Source: Squalus acanthias (taxonomy: Eukaryota). Taken from it: a stretch of DNA of 64,000 nt. The notes beneath the pieces were generated by a model. The model did not search any database, was not told the origin of the DNA, and saw nothing but the letters and a program-made list of their open reading frames with translations. Both the position numbers and the translations under genes were made by a program. The DNA is taken from contig CM059431.1 in NCBI GenBank assembly GCA_030390025.1, positions 141,734,001-141,798,000 on the forward strand. The letters are read 5' to 3'. Below, piece after piece: positions 25,122 through 37,325 of the stretch. Within the stretch, counting starts at the first letter, position 1. Every line of letters begins with the position of its first letter.

Positions 25122-26810
25122 TAGGGGGGAATTTTGCGGGGGTCAGCGGGCGCAATCGGTGGCGGGTCGGGAGGGAAACTGGATTTTACCCTAAGGGTCG
25201 GGACCCCGCTGTCAACCCTCCGCCACGCGCCTTTCCCAAATGTTGGGTCTGTCAGCGCTGAGCAGACCCGACATGCAGCGGCGGGTGGGAGGGGGGGGCG
25301 GTGGTGGGGGGGGGGGGTGCAATTCAAGTCTTTATGACCTTGTTAACAAAGGATTAACAACTATTTTAGCTCACCTTCAGAGTTTACCAAGTCGCCCACG
25401 TTGTCCACGCTGCTCAGGGATTATGTCAGGTAAACAGGGCGGGAGTTGAATGGCTATGGAATCATCTCATTACTTGACAGCTGGAAATGTGCTATAAAAG
25501 CTCCCATCTCACAGCTGTTCACTTTCCAAGCACAGAAGCTGTTGCTTACTGCATTTGGAAGACAGAGCGAGCTTTATGCAGGTTGCAAGTGTTTGCAACA
25601 AACTCTCTATCCAGTGAACCCTCAATGAAACAACCGCTCTCACCATTGACAGATCGCTTCTGTCATCTCAAGTTCACCTGCCATCTATTACATCAGCATG
25701 GGTATAGTTTCGACTGTCTCACTTTGTGCCTCAGAGTCCCACCAACATCAGCCCCAACACCTGCAGCACCAGGCACACCAGCAGCACCAACAACAACACC
25801 AACCATTCCAGAACTCCTGATGCTGCACAGCACAGAGGGCATCAACACTCGTCCACATTGCTGACCGGGACGCCAGAGATGGCCTCACCATGGCCAGATT
25901 ATCTTCATTGACGCTGCATGCCCTGGATCCCACATTATGCGCCAGGTTGCCGCAGCCCACACCAACAACATAAAGCATCCCTGCAATGCCCAAACCATTC
26001 CTGTCACACTCATAAGCATTGCGTGGGGTACCGTTATGTCTCACCTATTCACTGCAACTCACTAAGCCACATCCAAAGGTGCACACAACAGAAACTTCAC
26101 AGGAACATTGGGTAAAACACATAATTGCCAACCCTTGTGTGTTGTTAGTTGATATGTTTGGTCGAGGTTGAGGGAGAGTCTGAGGGGTGGTTAGTGAGTT
26201 GGGGATGTGATAATATAGATAGAGAGGGACGGGTGGAGGTGCAAGTTAAGTTGGTGTGAGTAAGAATGTGCAGGAGTGGGGTAGAAAAGGCAGAGTGACG
26301 GGGATGTTATGAGTGGCACAGCAGGATGAGATTGAGGGTGGCTTTGCAGTAACGTTTCGTGATCTACTGAGATCATTGAAAGATTTGCGCCACTGCAGCC
26401 TGGTCCTCCTGACGACATCCCTGCTTGAGCCCCACTTTGCAATGTGCAACCAGGCTGTGTTGGTCTCTTCCGCCCATTGGAAGTGAGGAGAACCTCCCTG
26501 CGTGCGGTGGCTCCCTCCATAAGCATATGGAGGGAGTTATGGGAGAGCCTGGGTGCAGCCGTGCTCCTCTGTGCAGAGGTTGTCAGTGTTTGCAGCACCT
26601 CAATACTGTAGAACACTGACATCACAATGGTCAAACTCAATGTGTGCGTCATCAAATGACGTCATGAAACCCGCTTCCTCCAATTCTCCAGAGCGAGGCC
26701 GCGACCCGCCACCGACCCAGGCCCCTTCCGCCCCGCCACCGACCCAGGCCGCACCCGACCCGCCAACGACCGCGGCCGCACCCGACCCGCCCAGTTGGTA
26801 AATCGCGGTA
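25122..26810 (-). mobile_element. PIF/Harbinger remnant with decayed Myb/SANT-like ORF (about 26340-26580, minus strand)
   Basis: APRLS..SL.ML..G.TARREVL...RKRP / W.HIA...SSRDVVRRTRLQWRKSFNDL. 25330-26110 resembles 13300-14060; GC-rich ends. Confidence 0.7.
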
Positions 26811-26926
26811 GAAAACTGGGTTATTAATGTCCTGAAGTACTTTCAGTGATTTTTCCAATATTCGAGAGAGAAAAATATATCAGATCCGGAGTTTGATTCC
26901 TTTTGTTTCTCTCTCTTTATGTTTAG

Positions 26927-27013
26927 ACTGAGCGGCAATGAACTGGGAGATTCAGGAATGAAACTGCTGTCTGCGGCTCTGAGGAACCCGGACTGTAAAA
27001 TACAGAAACTGGA
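26927..27013 (+). CDS. NLR LRR exon (87 nt)
   Basis: ctctttatgtttag|A...GA|gtaagt. Encodes LSGNELGDSGMKLLSAALRNPDCKIQKLE, a ribonuclease-inhibitor-type LRR; phase 2-2. Confidence 0.93.
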
Positions 27014-27152
27014 GTAAGTACCAGACTGTGAGATTGTGTTTATAATAACTGGATGTCCGACACTGTACATTATTATTAGTATCAGTAATATTGTTATTAA
27101 TAAACTCTGGGGATTTACTCTGATTCCTGTTATTTATCTCTCTGATCCCCAG

Positions 27153-27323
27153 GCAGTATAATAACGGTCTCACAAATTCTTGTGCCGAGGATCTCGCCTC
27201 CGCTCTCAGTACAAACCGCTCACTGACGGTTCTGGGCCTGGGTTATAATAAACTGGGAGATTCCGGAGTGAAACTACTGTCTGCGGCTTTGAGGAACCCG
27301 GACTGTAAAATACAGGAACTGGA
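27153..27323 (+). CDS. NLR LRR exon (171 nt)
   Basis: tctgatccccag|G...GA|gtaagt. Encodes QYNNGLTNSCAEDLASALSTNRSLTVLGLGYNKLGDSGVKLLSAALRNPDCKIQELE; canonical 171-nt phase 2-2 NLR LRR exon. Confidence 0.93.
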
Positions 27324-27463
27324 GTAAGTACCAGACTGTGTGAGATTGTGTTTATAATAACTGAATGTCTGACACTAAACATTTTTATTAGTATCAGTAA
27401 TAGTGTTATTAAGAAACTCTGCAGTTTACTCTGATTCCTGTTATTTCTCTCTCTGTTCCCCAG

Positions 27464-27631
27464 GCTATGTGATGTCGGTCTCACAGATTCTTGTGCCGAG
27501 GATCTCGCCTCCGCTCTCAGTACAAACCGCTTATTGACGGATCTGTCCCTGGGATCAAACTCCTTCACAGACCGGTCTGTCCCCGCTCTCAGCCGCTTCA
27601 TACAGACCTGCAGGAGTTTGGAGCGGATCCG
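27464..27631 (+). CDS. NLR LRR exon (168 nt)
   Basis: ctctgttccccag|G...CG|gtgagt. Encodes LCDVGLTDSCAEDLASALSTNRLLTDLSLGSNSFTDRSVPALSRFIQTCRSLERIR. Confidence 0.92.
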
Positions 27632-27803
27632 GTGAGTGTTTGTGTTAATGTTTAATGTAAAAAATAAAATATCAATGGGATTCAGTGACATTTATGGGTA
27701 ACATTTGTCTGATATTATTACTGAATTATTAACCCCAGTCTCTCTGTTATTCAAACTGTTGTTCAATTTGTTTATTTCCTGCTTAATCTTTAATCTGTTT
27801 CAG

Positions 27804-27891
27804 GCTGTGGGGGAATGAGTTCAGTTCAAATGGAAAGAGACTCCTGGAGTCGCTGCAGGAATCCAGACCCAGACTGAGAGTGGATGTGTGA
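27804..27891 (+). CDS. NLR terminal coding exon
   Basis: taatctgtttcag|G. Encodes LWGNEFSSNGKRLLESLQESRPRLRVDV, stop TGA at 27889-27891. Confidence 0.9.
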
Positions 27892-28102
27892 GAGCGCGCG
27901 TCATCTCCCATTGTGATGTCAGAGGGCCAGACACAGGGTCACGAGACTCAGCCGCCCCGCCCCACAGCGCTGTTTCTGCAGGATATCTGGGGCTGAATCT
28001 TCCCCAATGGGGCACTGGGGAAATGGACAGAAAGGAAGGGCCCTGGGTGGGGCTCAGTCTGGGCTGCAGTGGGACACTGACAATTTCACTCAGTATTCCT
28101 GG

Positions 28103-28806
28103 GTGTCTCTCCCAGTGAGGAGATGGAATCTGCAACAAGTGTCCCTGTGTACAGTGTGTGTCTCTCCCAGTGAGGAGATGGAATCTGCAACAAGTGTCTC
28201 TGTATACAGTGTGTGTGTCTCCCAGTGAGGAGTCAGACTCTGTAACAAGTGTCCCTGTGTACAGTGTGTGTCTCTCCCAGTGAGGTGTCAGACTCTGTAA
28301 CAAGTGTCCCTGTGTACAGTGTGTGTCTCTCCCAGTGAGGAGTCAGACTCTGTAACAAGTGTCTCTGTGTACAGTGTGTGTCTCTCCCAGTGAGGAGGCG
28401 GACTCTGTAACAAGTGTCCCTGTGTACAGTTTGTGTCTCTCCCAGTGAGGAGTCAGACTCTGTAACAAGTGTCCCTGTGTACAGTTTGTGTCTCTCCCAG
28501 TGAGGAGTCAGACTCTGTAACAAGTGTCTCTGTGTACAGTTTGTGTCTCTCCCAGTGAGGAGTCAGACTCTGTAACAAGTGTCTCTGTGTACAGTGTGTG
28601 TCTCTCCCAGTGAGGAGTCAGACTCTGTAACAAGTGTCTCTGTGTACAGTTTGTGTCTCTCCCAGTGAGGAGTCAGACTCTGTAACAAGTGTCTCTGTGT
28701 ACAGTGTGCTTCTCTCCGCGTGAATAGTCCGACTCTGAAACAAATGTTCCTGTGAACAGTGTTTGTCTCTCCCTTTGAGGAGTCAGACTCTGTAACCAGT
28801 GTCTCT
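28103..28806. repeat. 55-bp minisatellite in the predicted NLR 3' UTR
   Basis: (cccagtgaggagtcagactctgtaacaagtgtc[ct]ctgtgtacagt[gt]tgtgtctct) x ~13; period 55 measured from 28441 to 28496. Confidence 0.95.
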
Positions 28807-29112
28807 ACAACCCTCCGATATCTCTCCACTCATCTGACCTGTTGCACATCCTCGATTTTTATTGATCCATATTGGCGCCATGACTTCAGCTGCGAAGGCC
28901 CTAAACTCTGGACGTCCCTCGCTAAATCTCCTCACAGCTCTACCTCTCCCCCCTCCTCCTTTAAACGCTTCTTAAAACCTACCTCTTTCACCGAGCTTTT
29001 GGCCATCTCTCCTAAAATCTCCATGTGGCTCAATGTCGAATTTTGCCTGAGAATTGCCTTGTGTCCTTTCATTACATTAAAGCCGCTATATAAATGCAAG
29101 TTATTGTTGTTG
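28807..29112 (+). mobile_element. L2 LINE 3' end
   Basis: tacaaccctccga...ggccctaaactctgga...cttaaaacctacctcttt...gctatataaatgcaagttattgttgttg; homologous to 19465-19780. Confidence 0.75.
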
Positions 29113-29127
29113 TCCCTGTGTTGTGTT

Positions 29128-29212
29128 AATAAAACTCCACCGCTTACTTCAGCTCGCGCCTGGTCTCGACATTTTCAATAACTGGCTTCATTGTTTTAAT
29201 ATATTAAATAAA
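29128..29212 (+). terminator. Candidate polyadenylation signals of the NLR gene
   Basis: AATAAA at 29128-29133 and overlapping ATTAAA/AATAAA at 29203-29212, about 1.3 kb after the stop codon. Confidence 0.5.
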
Positions 29213-29299
29213 GATTCCTCAAAAACACATCCCACCTTCTCCCGCTCTGGCTGAGGCCTCGATCAGTCCCCTCTGCACGAGGCCTCAGTCCGTCCCCTC

Positions 29300-31681
29300 T
29301 GGAGGAGGTCTGACAGTAAAAGCTGATGTGGGATCTTTGCATTCTTCTAATTCCCCTCCACTCAAATCAAGACAAGACAGGCAGGCGGGCAGTGAGAGAA
29401 ACAGATGGAATCAAGACAACATGCAGAATAGAAATCAAAGCAGAAAATGCTGGAATACTCAGCAGGTCAGGCAGCATCTGTGGAGAGAGGAGCAGATTTA
29501 ATGTATCAGGTCGATGAACTTACGTCAGGACCTGGACAGAATCTGAGAAAAGGTCATCGAGATGAAACGTTAACTCGGTTTCTCTCTCTCTCCACAGATG
29601 CTGCCTGAACTGCAGAGTATTTCCAACATTTTCTGTTTTAATTCCCATTTCAAACATCCGCATTATTTTGCTTTTGATTCAGAATAGAAAGCCTGTATCT
29701 GCAGGCCGCAAAATGAAAATATAAGATACTGAAAAGTGTCTGTTAGCTTTTAAACTGCCAAACACAGCAGAGCAATGAGAGAAATCAACTTTCTTTCTTT
29801 GCTGAGAGTGTTGCGTGGCAATTTTGCAATCTGGCCTGTGTGTGTGCGTTTGTGTGTGTGAGAGAGAGAGACAGCAAAAGCTGGTGTGTATGCAGGGCTT
29901 GACTGAGTTCAAGTTACCTGCTGTGTGCATTGGTACTGCATCTCATGTCTTGAAAAAAACAGAAAGTATACACCATTAGATCATACTGATTTAATTCCAG
30001 ACTGCAATGCTGTGAGATCTTACTTTGCCTTTCTTTCAAGACATTTGTAAAAAGCAAAGCTACATATATACATCAACCCAATTGATTTTTTCTGGACTGG
30101 ACTTTATCGAGGATTTTTTTGTGGGGTGTTTCAGAGCATATCATGTGGGGGATCTTACCCTACCATTAAGCCCAACCAAACCAAGTGAAGACTTTTGTAA
30201 AAACAAAGTATTATTATATATGTAAAAAATATTTTCAGAATAATCCATTTGATGTTTTTCGGGACTGAGCTTTATTGGGGAATGTGCTTGGGGTGGTTTC
30301 CAAGCAAAAGCTGCTGTGGGATCTCTCCATTCATTTTATTTCATTCCACGCTAATCACAGACAGGCAGACATTTAGTTAACAAAAGTAAAGTAGATATAT
30401 TATTATTTACCCATGATTGTATTTGCTTTCTTCCATTTCCTCATGGGGACCCGGATTTCTGCGGCCTTGGCTTCACCTCTTCCTGTTGGATTGTCCTCAT
30501 CAAACATGGCTAATAGCCAGGAAGGGATATCATCAAAATTGGACACTGTCAGGCTGCACACCTTTCAAAATGGATGTTTGCGTGAGAGAGTTAGTTTCTG
30601 CAAATTGCAGAGTCCGTGTGAGTGTGTCTGTCTGTGCGTGGGTGTCTGTGTGTCTGCAAATTGCAGAGGCTGTGACTCACACTGTGTGTCATGCCACTGT
30701 CCATTTTAGTTCAATGTGGGTGGGCGGGAGACTGTGTGAGTGACAGACAGACAGACAGGCAGTCAGTGAGAGCGAGAGAGACATGAAATCCAAAGGCATG
30801 TTGCAGAATAGAAAGCCTGTTTCTGTAGGCCACAAAGTGAAAAGATAAGATACTGAAAAGTGTCTTTTTGGTTTTCATCTTCCAACACGGCAGTCCTCCC
30901 TCTGCAGGCTGGCCTGGCTGTGAGTGTGTGTGTCAGAGAGAGAGAGAGACAGCAAATGCTAGTGTTTGTGTGAGATGTGGTCTGCTGTCTTACGACCTGC
31001 TGATGTTGTATTAAACCCATTGATTTGATTCTGGCTTGGTCCACATGTAATGCTGTTGTGTATTACTTTATTGCACTTTATTTCATTTCACTTCACTACA
31101 AGACAGACAGTCAGTCAGTGAGATACTGAAAAATGTCTTTGTGGACTGTCTGACAGTAGAAGCTGCTGTGGAATCTTTGCATTCTTTTTATTCCATTCCA
31201 CTAAAATCAAGACAAGGCAGGCAGGCAGTGAGGGAGACACGTTAAATCAGGACAACATGCAGAATAGAACTAAAAACAGGAAGTGATGGAAATATTCATC
31301 AGGTCAGTCAGCATCTGTGGAGAGAGAGAGAAACAGAGTTAACGTTTCAGCTCGATGACCTTTCGTTAGAACTTTGCCAGGATCTGACAAATGGTCAACG
31401 AGCTGAAACATTAACTCTGTTTCTCTCTCTCTCCACCGATGCTGCCTGACCTTCTGAATATTTCCAGCATTTTTTGTATTTATTTCAGATTTCCCACATC
31501 CACAGCATTTGCTTTTGATGCAGAATAGAAAGCCTGTTTCTGTAGGCCGCAAAATGAAAAGATAAGATACTGAAACGTGTCTGTTTCATATTAAACTGCC
31601 GAACACAGCAGAGGAATGATATAAATCAACATTCTTTCTTTGCTGACAGTGTTTTGTGGCAATTTTGCAGGAAGGCCTGTT

Positions 31682-31712
<31 letters not shown>

Positions 31713-33600
31713 CAGCAAAAGCTGGTGTGTATGCAGTGCTTGTCTGTGTTCAAGTTATCTGCCGTGTGCATTGGTACAACATCTCATGTCTGAAAAAAAA
31801 AGAAACTATATACCATCAGATCATACTGATTTCATTCCAGACTCTGCTGCTGTGGGATCTTACCTTGCCTTTCTTCAAGAATTTTGTAAAAATCAACGCT
31901 ACATATATACATCAAGCCATTTGATATTTTTCTGGATTGGACTTTATGGAGTAATGTTTGTGGAGTGTTTCATGTCATATCCTGCTGTGTGATCTTACTC
32001 TCCCCTTCAGCCGAACCCAAACAAGACAAGACTTTTGTAAAAAAAAAAGTATATATTATATTTTTTTTTATATTTTCTGAATAACCATTTTTTTTTTTGG
32101 ACTGGGCTTTATTGGGGGATGTGCTTGGGATGTTTACAGAGCAAATGCTGCTGTGGGATCTTTCCATTCATTTTATTACACTCCAGGCAAACCACTGATA
32201 GGCAGACATTTAGTTAACAAAAGTAAAGTATATATATTATTATTTATTCCTGATTGCATTTACTTCTTTTCACTCTCCCGGGCTTTCATTTCCTCTCGGG
32301 GACCCGGATTTCTGGGGCCTCGGCTTCACTTCTCTCTTTGCTTGTCCTCATTAAACATGGCCGCACAGCCAGGAAGGGACATCATCAAAAATTGACATTC
32401 CCAGATTGCACATCTTTCAAAATATATGTGTGTGAGTTTCTGCAAACTGCAGAGTCTGTGTGAGTGCGTATGTATGTGCGTGGGTGTCTGTGTGTCTGCA
32501 AATTGCAGAGTCTGTGTGAGTGTGTCTGTATGTGACTGCGTGTTTGTGTTTCTGCAAATTGCAGACTCTGTGTGTATGTGTCTATATGTGTGTCGGTTTC
32601 TGTGATTCTGCAAATTTCAGTGTCTGTTTGAGTGTGTGTGTCATGTTAATGTAAACTTTAGTTCAATATGGGTGGGAGGGAGACTGTGTGAGTGACAGAC
32701 AGAGAGACCGTCAGTGAGAGAGAGAGACATGAAATCAAAAGGCAAGTTGCAGAATAGAAAGCCTGTTTCTGTCTGCCACAAAGTGGAAGGATAAGGTACT
32801 GAAAAGTGTCTTTTTGGTTTTAATCTTCCAACACAGCAGTTATCCTTCTGCACGCTGGCCATGGTGTGTGTGAGTGTGTGTGTGTGAGAGAGAGGGCAAA
32901 AGCAGGTGTTTGTGTGAGATGTGGTCTGGTGTTTTATTAGCTGCTGTTGTTGTATTAAACCCGATTTATTTCATTCTGGACTGATCCACATGTAATGGTG
33001 TGTATCACTTCATTGCACTTTATTTCACTTCACTTCAAGTCAGTGAGATATTGAAAAGTTTCTTTGTGGACTGTCTTACAGTAAAAGCTGCTGTGGCATC
33101 TTTGCATTCTTTTTATTCCACTCCACTCAAATCAAGACAAGGCAGGCAGGCAGTGAGAGAGACACATGAAATCAAGACAACATGCAGAATAGAAATAATA
33201 ACAGAAAATGCTGGAAATACTCAGTAGGTTAGGCAGCATCTGTGGCGAGAGAGAGAAACAGAGTAAGTGTGTTAGGTCGATGACCTTTCGTCAGAACCTT
33301 GCCAGAATCTGACGAAAGGTAATCGAGCTGAAACATCAACTCTATTTCTCTCTCTCTCCACAGATGCTGCCTGACCTGCTGAGTATTTCCAGCATTTTCT
33401 GTTTTTATTTCAGATTTCCCACATACACAGCATTTGCTTTTGATGCAGAATAGAAAGTCTGTTTCTGTAGGCCATAAAATGAAAAGATAAGATACTGAAA
33501 AGTATCTGTTTGCTTTTAAACTGATGAACACAGCAGAGGAATGATATAAATCAACTTTCTTTCATTGCTGAAAGTGTTTTGTGGCTATTTTGCAGGCTGG

Positions 33601-33658
<58 letters not shown>

Positions 33659-35680
33659 CAAAAGCTGGCGTGTATGCAGGGCTTGTTTGTGTTCGAGTTA
33701 CCTGCCATGTGCTTTAGTACTGCATCTCATGCCTGAAAACAGAATGTATACACCATCAGAACATACTGATTTTATTCCATTCTGCACTGCTGTGAGATCT
33801 TACTTTTTCTTTCTCTCAAGAATTTTGTAAAAAGCAAGGCTACATATATACATCAAGCCATTTGATATTTTTCTGGACTGGACCTTATAGGGGAATGTTT
33901 GTGAAGTGTTTCATGGCATTTCCTGTTGTGGGATCTTACTCTCCCCTTCAGCCCAACACAAACAAGACAAGACTTTTGTAAAAAAATGAGTATATGTTAT
34001 ATATTTTTAATTATTTTCAGAATAATCCATTTGAATTTTTTCTGGACTGGGCTTTATTGGGGAATGTGCGTGGGGTGTTTTCAGAGCAAAAGCTGCTGTG
34101 GGATCTTTCCATTCATTTTATTCCACTCCATGCAAATCACAGACATGCAGCCATTTAGTTAACAAAAGTAAAGTATATATATATTATTTATTCCTCATTG
34201 TATTTACTTCTTTTCACTCTCTCAGGCTTTCATTTCCTCTCGGGGGCCCGGATTTCTTATCAAAAATTGACACTCCCAGGCTACACCACTTTCAAAGTGA
34301 ATATGTGCGTGTGTGAGTGCCAGTTTCTGCAAATTGCAGAGTCTGTGTGAGTCTGTGTGTCATGTCACTGTAAATTTTAGTTCAATGTGGATGGGAGGGA
34401 GAGTGTGTGAGTGAGAGAGAGACACACAGACAGTCAGTGAGAGGGAAAGACATGAAATCAAAAGGCCAGATGCAGAATAGAAAGCCTGTTGCTGTAGGCC
34501 GCAAAGTAAAAGGATAAGACACTGAAAAATATTTTGTGGCGCGTCAGATAGTAAAAGCTGCTCTGGCATATTTGCATTCTTTTTATTCCACTCCACTCAA
34601 ATTGAGACCAGGCACGCAGTGAGAGACATATGAAATCAAGACACTATGCAGAACAGAAATCAAAATAGAAAATGTTGGAAATACTCAGCAGGTCAGGCAG
34701 CAACTGTGGAGAGAGAGAGAAACAGAGTTAATTCAGCTCGATGACCTTTCGTCAGATTCTGGCAATGTTCTGACGAAAGGTCATCAATCTGAAACATTAA
34801 CTCTGTTTTTCTCTCTCTCAACAGTGGCTGCTTGAACTACTGAGCATTTCGAGCATTTTTTTGTTTTTATTTCAGATTCCCCACTTCCACAATATTTTGC
34901 TTTTGATGTAGAATAGAGAGCCTTTTTCTGTAGGCCGCAAAATGGAAAGAGAAGATACTGAAATGTTTTTCAGCTGTTAAACTGCCAAACACAGCAGAGC
35001 AATGATGTAAATCAACTTTCTTTCATTGCTGACAGTGTTGTGTAGCAATTTTGCAGGCTGGCCTGTGTGTGTGTGAGGGAGAGAGAGACAGACAGACAGA
35101 CAGCAAAAGTTAGTGTGTATGCAGGGCTTGTCTGATTTCAAGTTACCTGACGTGTGAATTGGCACTGCATCTCATGGCTGGAAAAAACAGAAAGTATACA
35201 CCATTGGATCATACTGATTTCATTCCAGACCGCGCTGCTGTGGGATCTTACTTTGCCTTTCTTTCAAGACTTTTGTAAAAATTAAAGCTACATCTATACA
35301 TCAAGCCATTTGATTTTTTTTCTGGACTGGACTTTATAGGGGTATGTTTGTGGGGTGTGTGAGAGCATATCCTGCTGTGGGATCTTACTCTCCCTTTCAT
35401 TCCCAACCCAAACAATACAAGACAAGACTTTTGTAAAAGCAAAGTATATATATTATGTTTACTTTTTTACTACCTTCAGAATAATAAATCTGCTTGATTT
35501 TTTTTCTGGACTGGGCTTTTTTGGGGAATATTTGTGGAATGTTTTCAGAGCAAAAGCTGCTGTGGGATATTTCCATTCATTTTATTCCACTCCACTCAAA
35601 TCACAGACAGACATGTTGTTTACCGAAGTAAAGTATATATGTTATTATTAGATTCTTGATTAAATTTTCTTCTTTTCACC
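29300..35680. repeat. Tandem array of four ~1.1-1.9 kb composite units, each containing an inverted pair of Penelope terminal repeats
   Basis: Marker aaagctg.tgtgg.atctttgcattc recurs at about 29319, 31160, 33084 and 34554; collinear similarity through the units. Confidence 0.93.
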
Positions 35681-35870
35681 CTCTCTCCGTGCCCATCTCC
35701 TGGGGCGCCAATCACCCCCTACATGCCTGTTAACCACCTCCAATCCCCCAGGCCACGACCCCAGCCCCTTGTGGTCCTGAGCTTCACACTCACTCACTCT
35801 CTCACACAGGAGCCGAGCTGGCGAGCTGCAGCCGCCATTCCTTCCTTGCTTCCTGCACCATTGGTAAAGA

Positions 35871-36085
35871 GCTATTATATTGCAAAGTGATATTCCATTG
35901 CAAAGTGATATTCCATTCGTAAAGGGCTATTATATTGCAAAGGACTATTATATTTCAAAATGCTACTCCATTGCAAAAAACTATTATATTGCAAAATGCT
36001 GTTCCATTAAACAGGACTATTCCATTGCAAATTTCTATTCCATTGCAACATACTATTATATTGCAAAGTGCTATTCCATTAAAAG
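35871..36085. repeat. ~19-bp AT-rich minisatellite (ctatt[at/cc]attgcaaa...)n
   Basis: About 11 copies with two variants, ctattatattgcaaa and ctattccattgcaaa. Confidence 0.88.
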
Positions 36086-37325
36086 GACAATTGTACAATC
36101 ATAGAAATTTACTGCACAGAAGGCGGCCATTCGGCCCGTCGAGCCTGTTCCGGCTCTCTGCAAGAGCACTTCACCTCGTCCCAGTCTCCTACCCTTTCCT
36201 GTAGCCCTGATTTTTTTTTTCCTTCACGTACTTATCCAATTCCCTTTTGAAAGCCACGATTGAATCTGCCTCCTCCACACTTTCAGGCACTGCATTCCAG
36301 ATCTTAACCACTCGCTGCGTAAAAAAGTTTTTCCTCATATCGCCTTTGCTTCTTCTGCCAATCACCTTAAAGCTGTGTCCTCTTGTTCTCGACCCTTCCG
36401 CCAATGGGAACAGTTTCCCTCTATCTACGCTGTCTTCACACCTCATGATTTGGAACTCCTCTATCAAATCTACTCTCAAACTTCTCTACTCTAAGGAGAA
36501 CAACCCCAGCTTCTCCAGCCTATCCATATAACTGAAGTCCCTCATTCCTGGAACCATTCTTGTAAATCTTTTCTGCGCTCTCTCTAAGGCCTTCACATCC
36601 TTCCTAAAGTGCGGTGCCATGAATTGGACACAATACTGCAGTTGAGGCCAAACCAGTGTTTTATAAAGGTTCATCAAAACTTCCGCGCTGTTCTACTCTC
36701 TGCCTCTATTTATTAAGACAAGGATCCCGTATGTTTTTTTAACTGCTTCCTCAAACTGCCCTGTCACCTTCAACGATTTGTGCACATCTACCCCCAGGTC
36801 TCTCTGTTCATGCACCCCCTTTAGAATTGTACCCTTTAGTTTATATTGTCTCTTCTCATTCTTCCTACCGAAATGTATCACTTCGCACGTTTCTGCATTA
36901 AATTTCATCTGCCACGTGTTCGCCCATTTCCCCAGCCTGTCTATGTCCTCTTGAAGTCGATCACTATCCTCCTCACTGTTCACTATACTTTCAAGTTCTG
37001 TGTTACCTGCAAATTTTGAAATTAGGCCCTGTACACCCAAGTCCAAGTCATTAATATATATCAGGTAAAGCTGTGGGCTAGGTGCAGTTGCCTGGGGAAC
37101 ACCACTGCATACTTTCCTCAAGTCCGAAAAACAACCATTCACCACTACGCTCTGTGTATTCGTGTCCATGCTGCCACTGTCCCTTTTATTCCATGGGATT
37201 CAACTTTTCTGGCAATCCTATTATGTGGCGCGTTATCAAACGCCTTTTGGAAGTCCATGTACACCACATCAACCGCATTGCCCTCATCAACCCTCTCTGT
37301 TACCTCATCAAAAACCTCAATCAAA

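Noticed and set aside
28103..28806. CRISPR-like appearance of regular repeats (also 19880-20135 and 61945-64000)
   Set aside because: Head-to-tail repeats with no unique spacers, no cas genes, vertebrate context.
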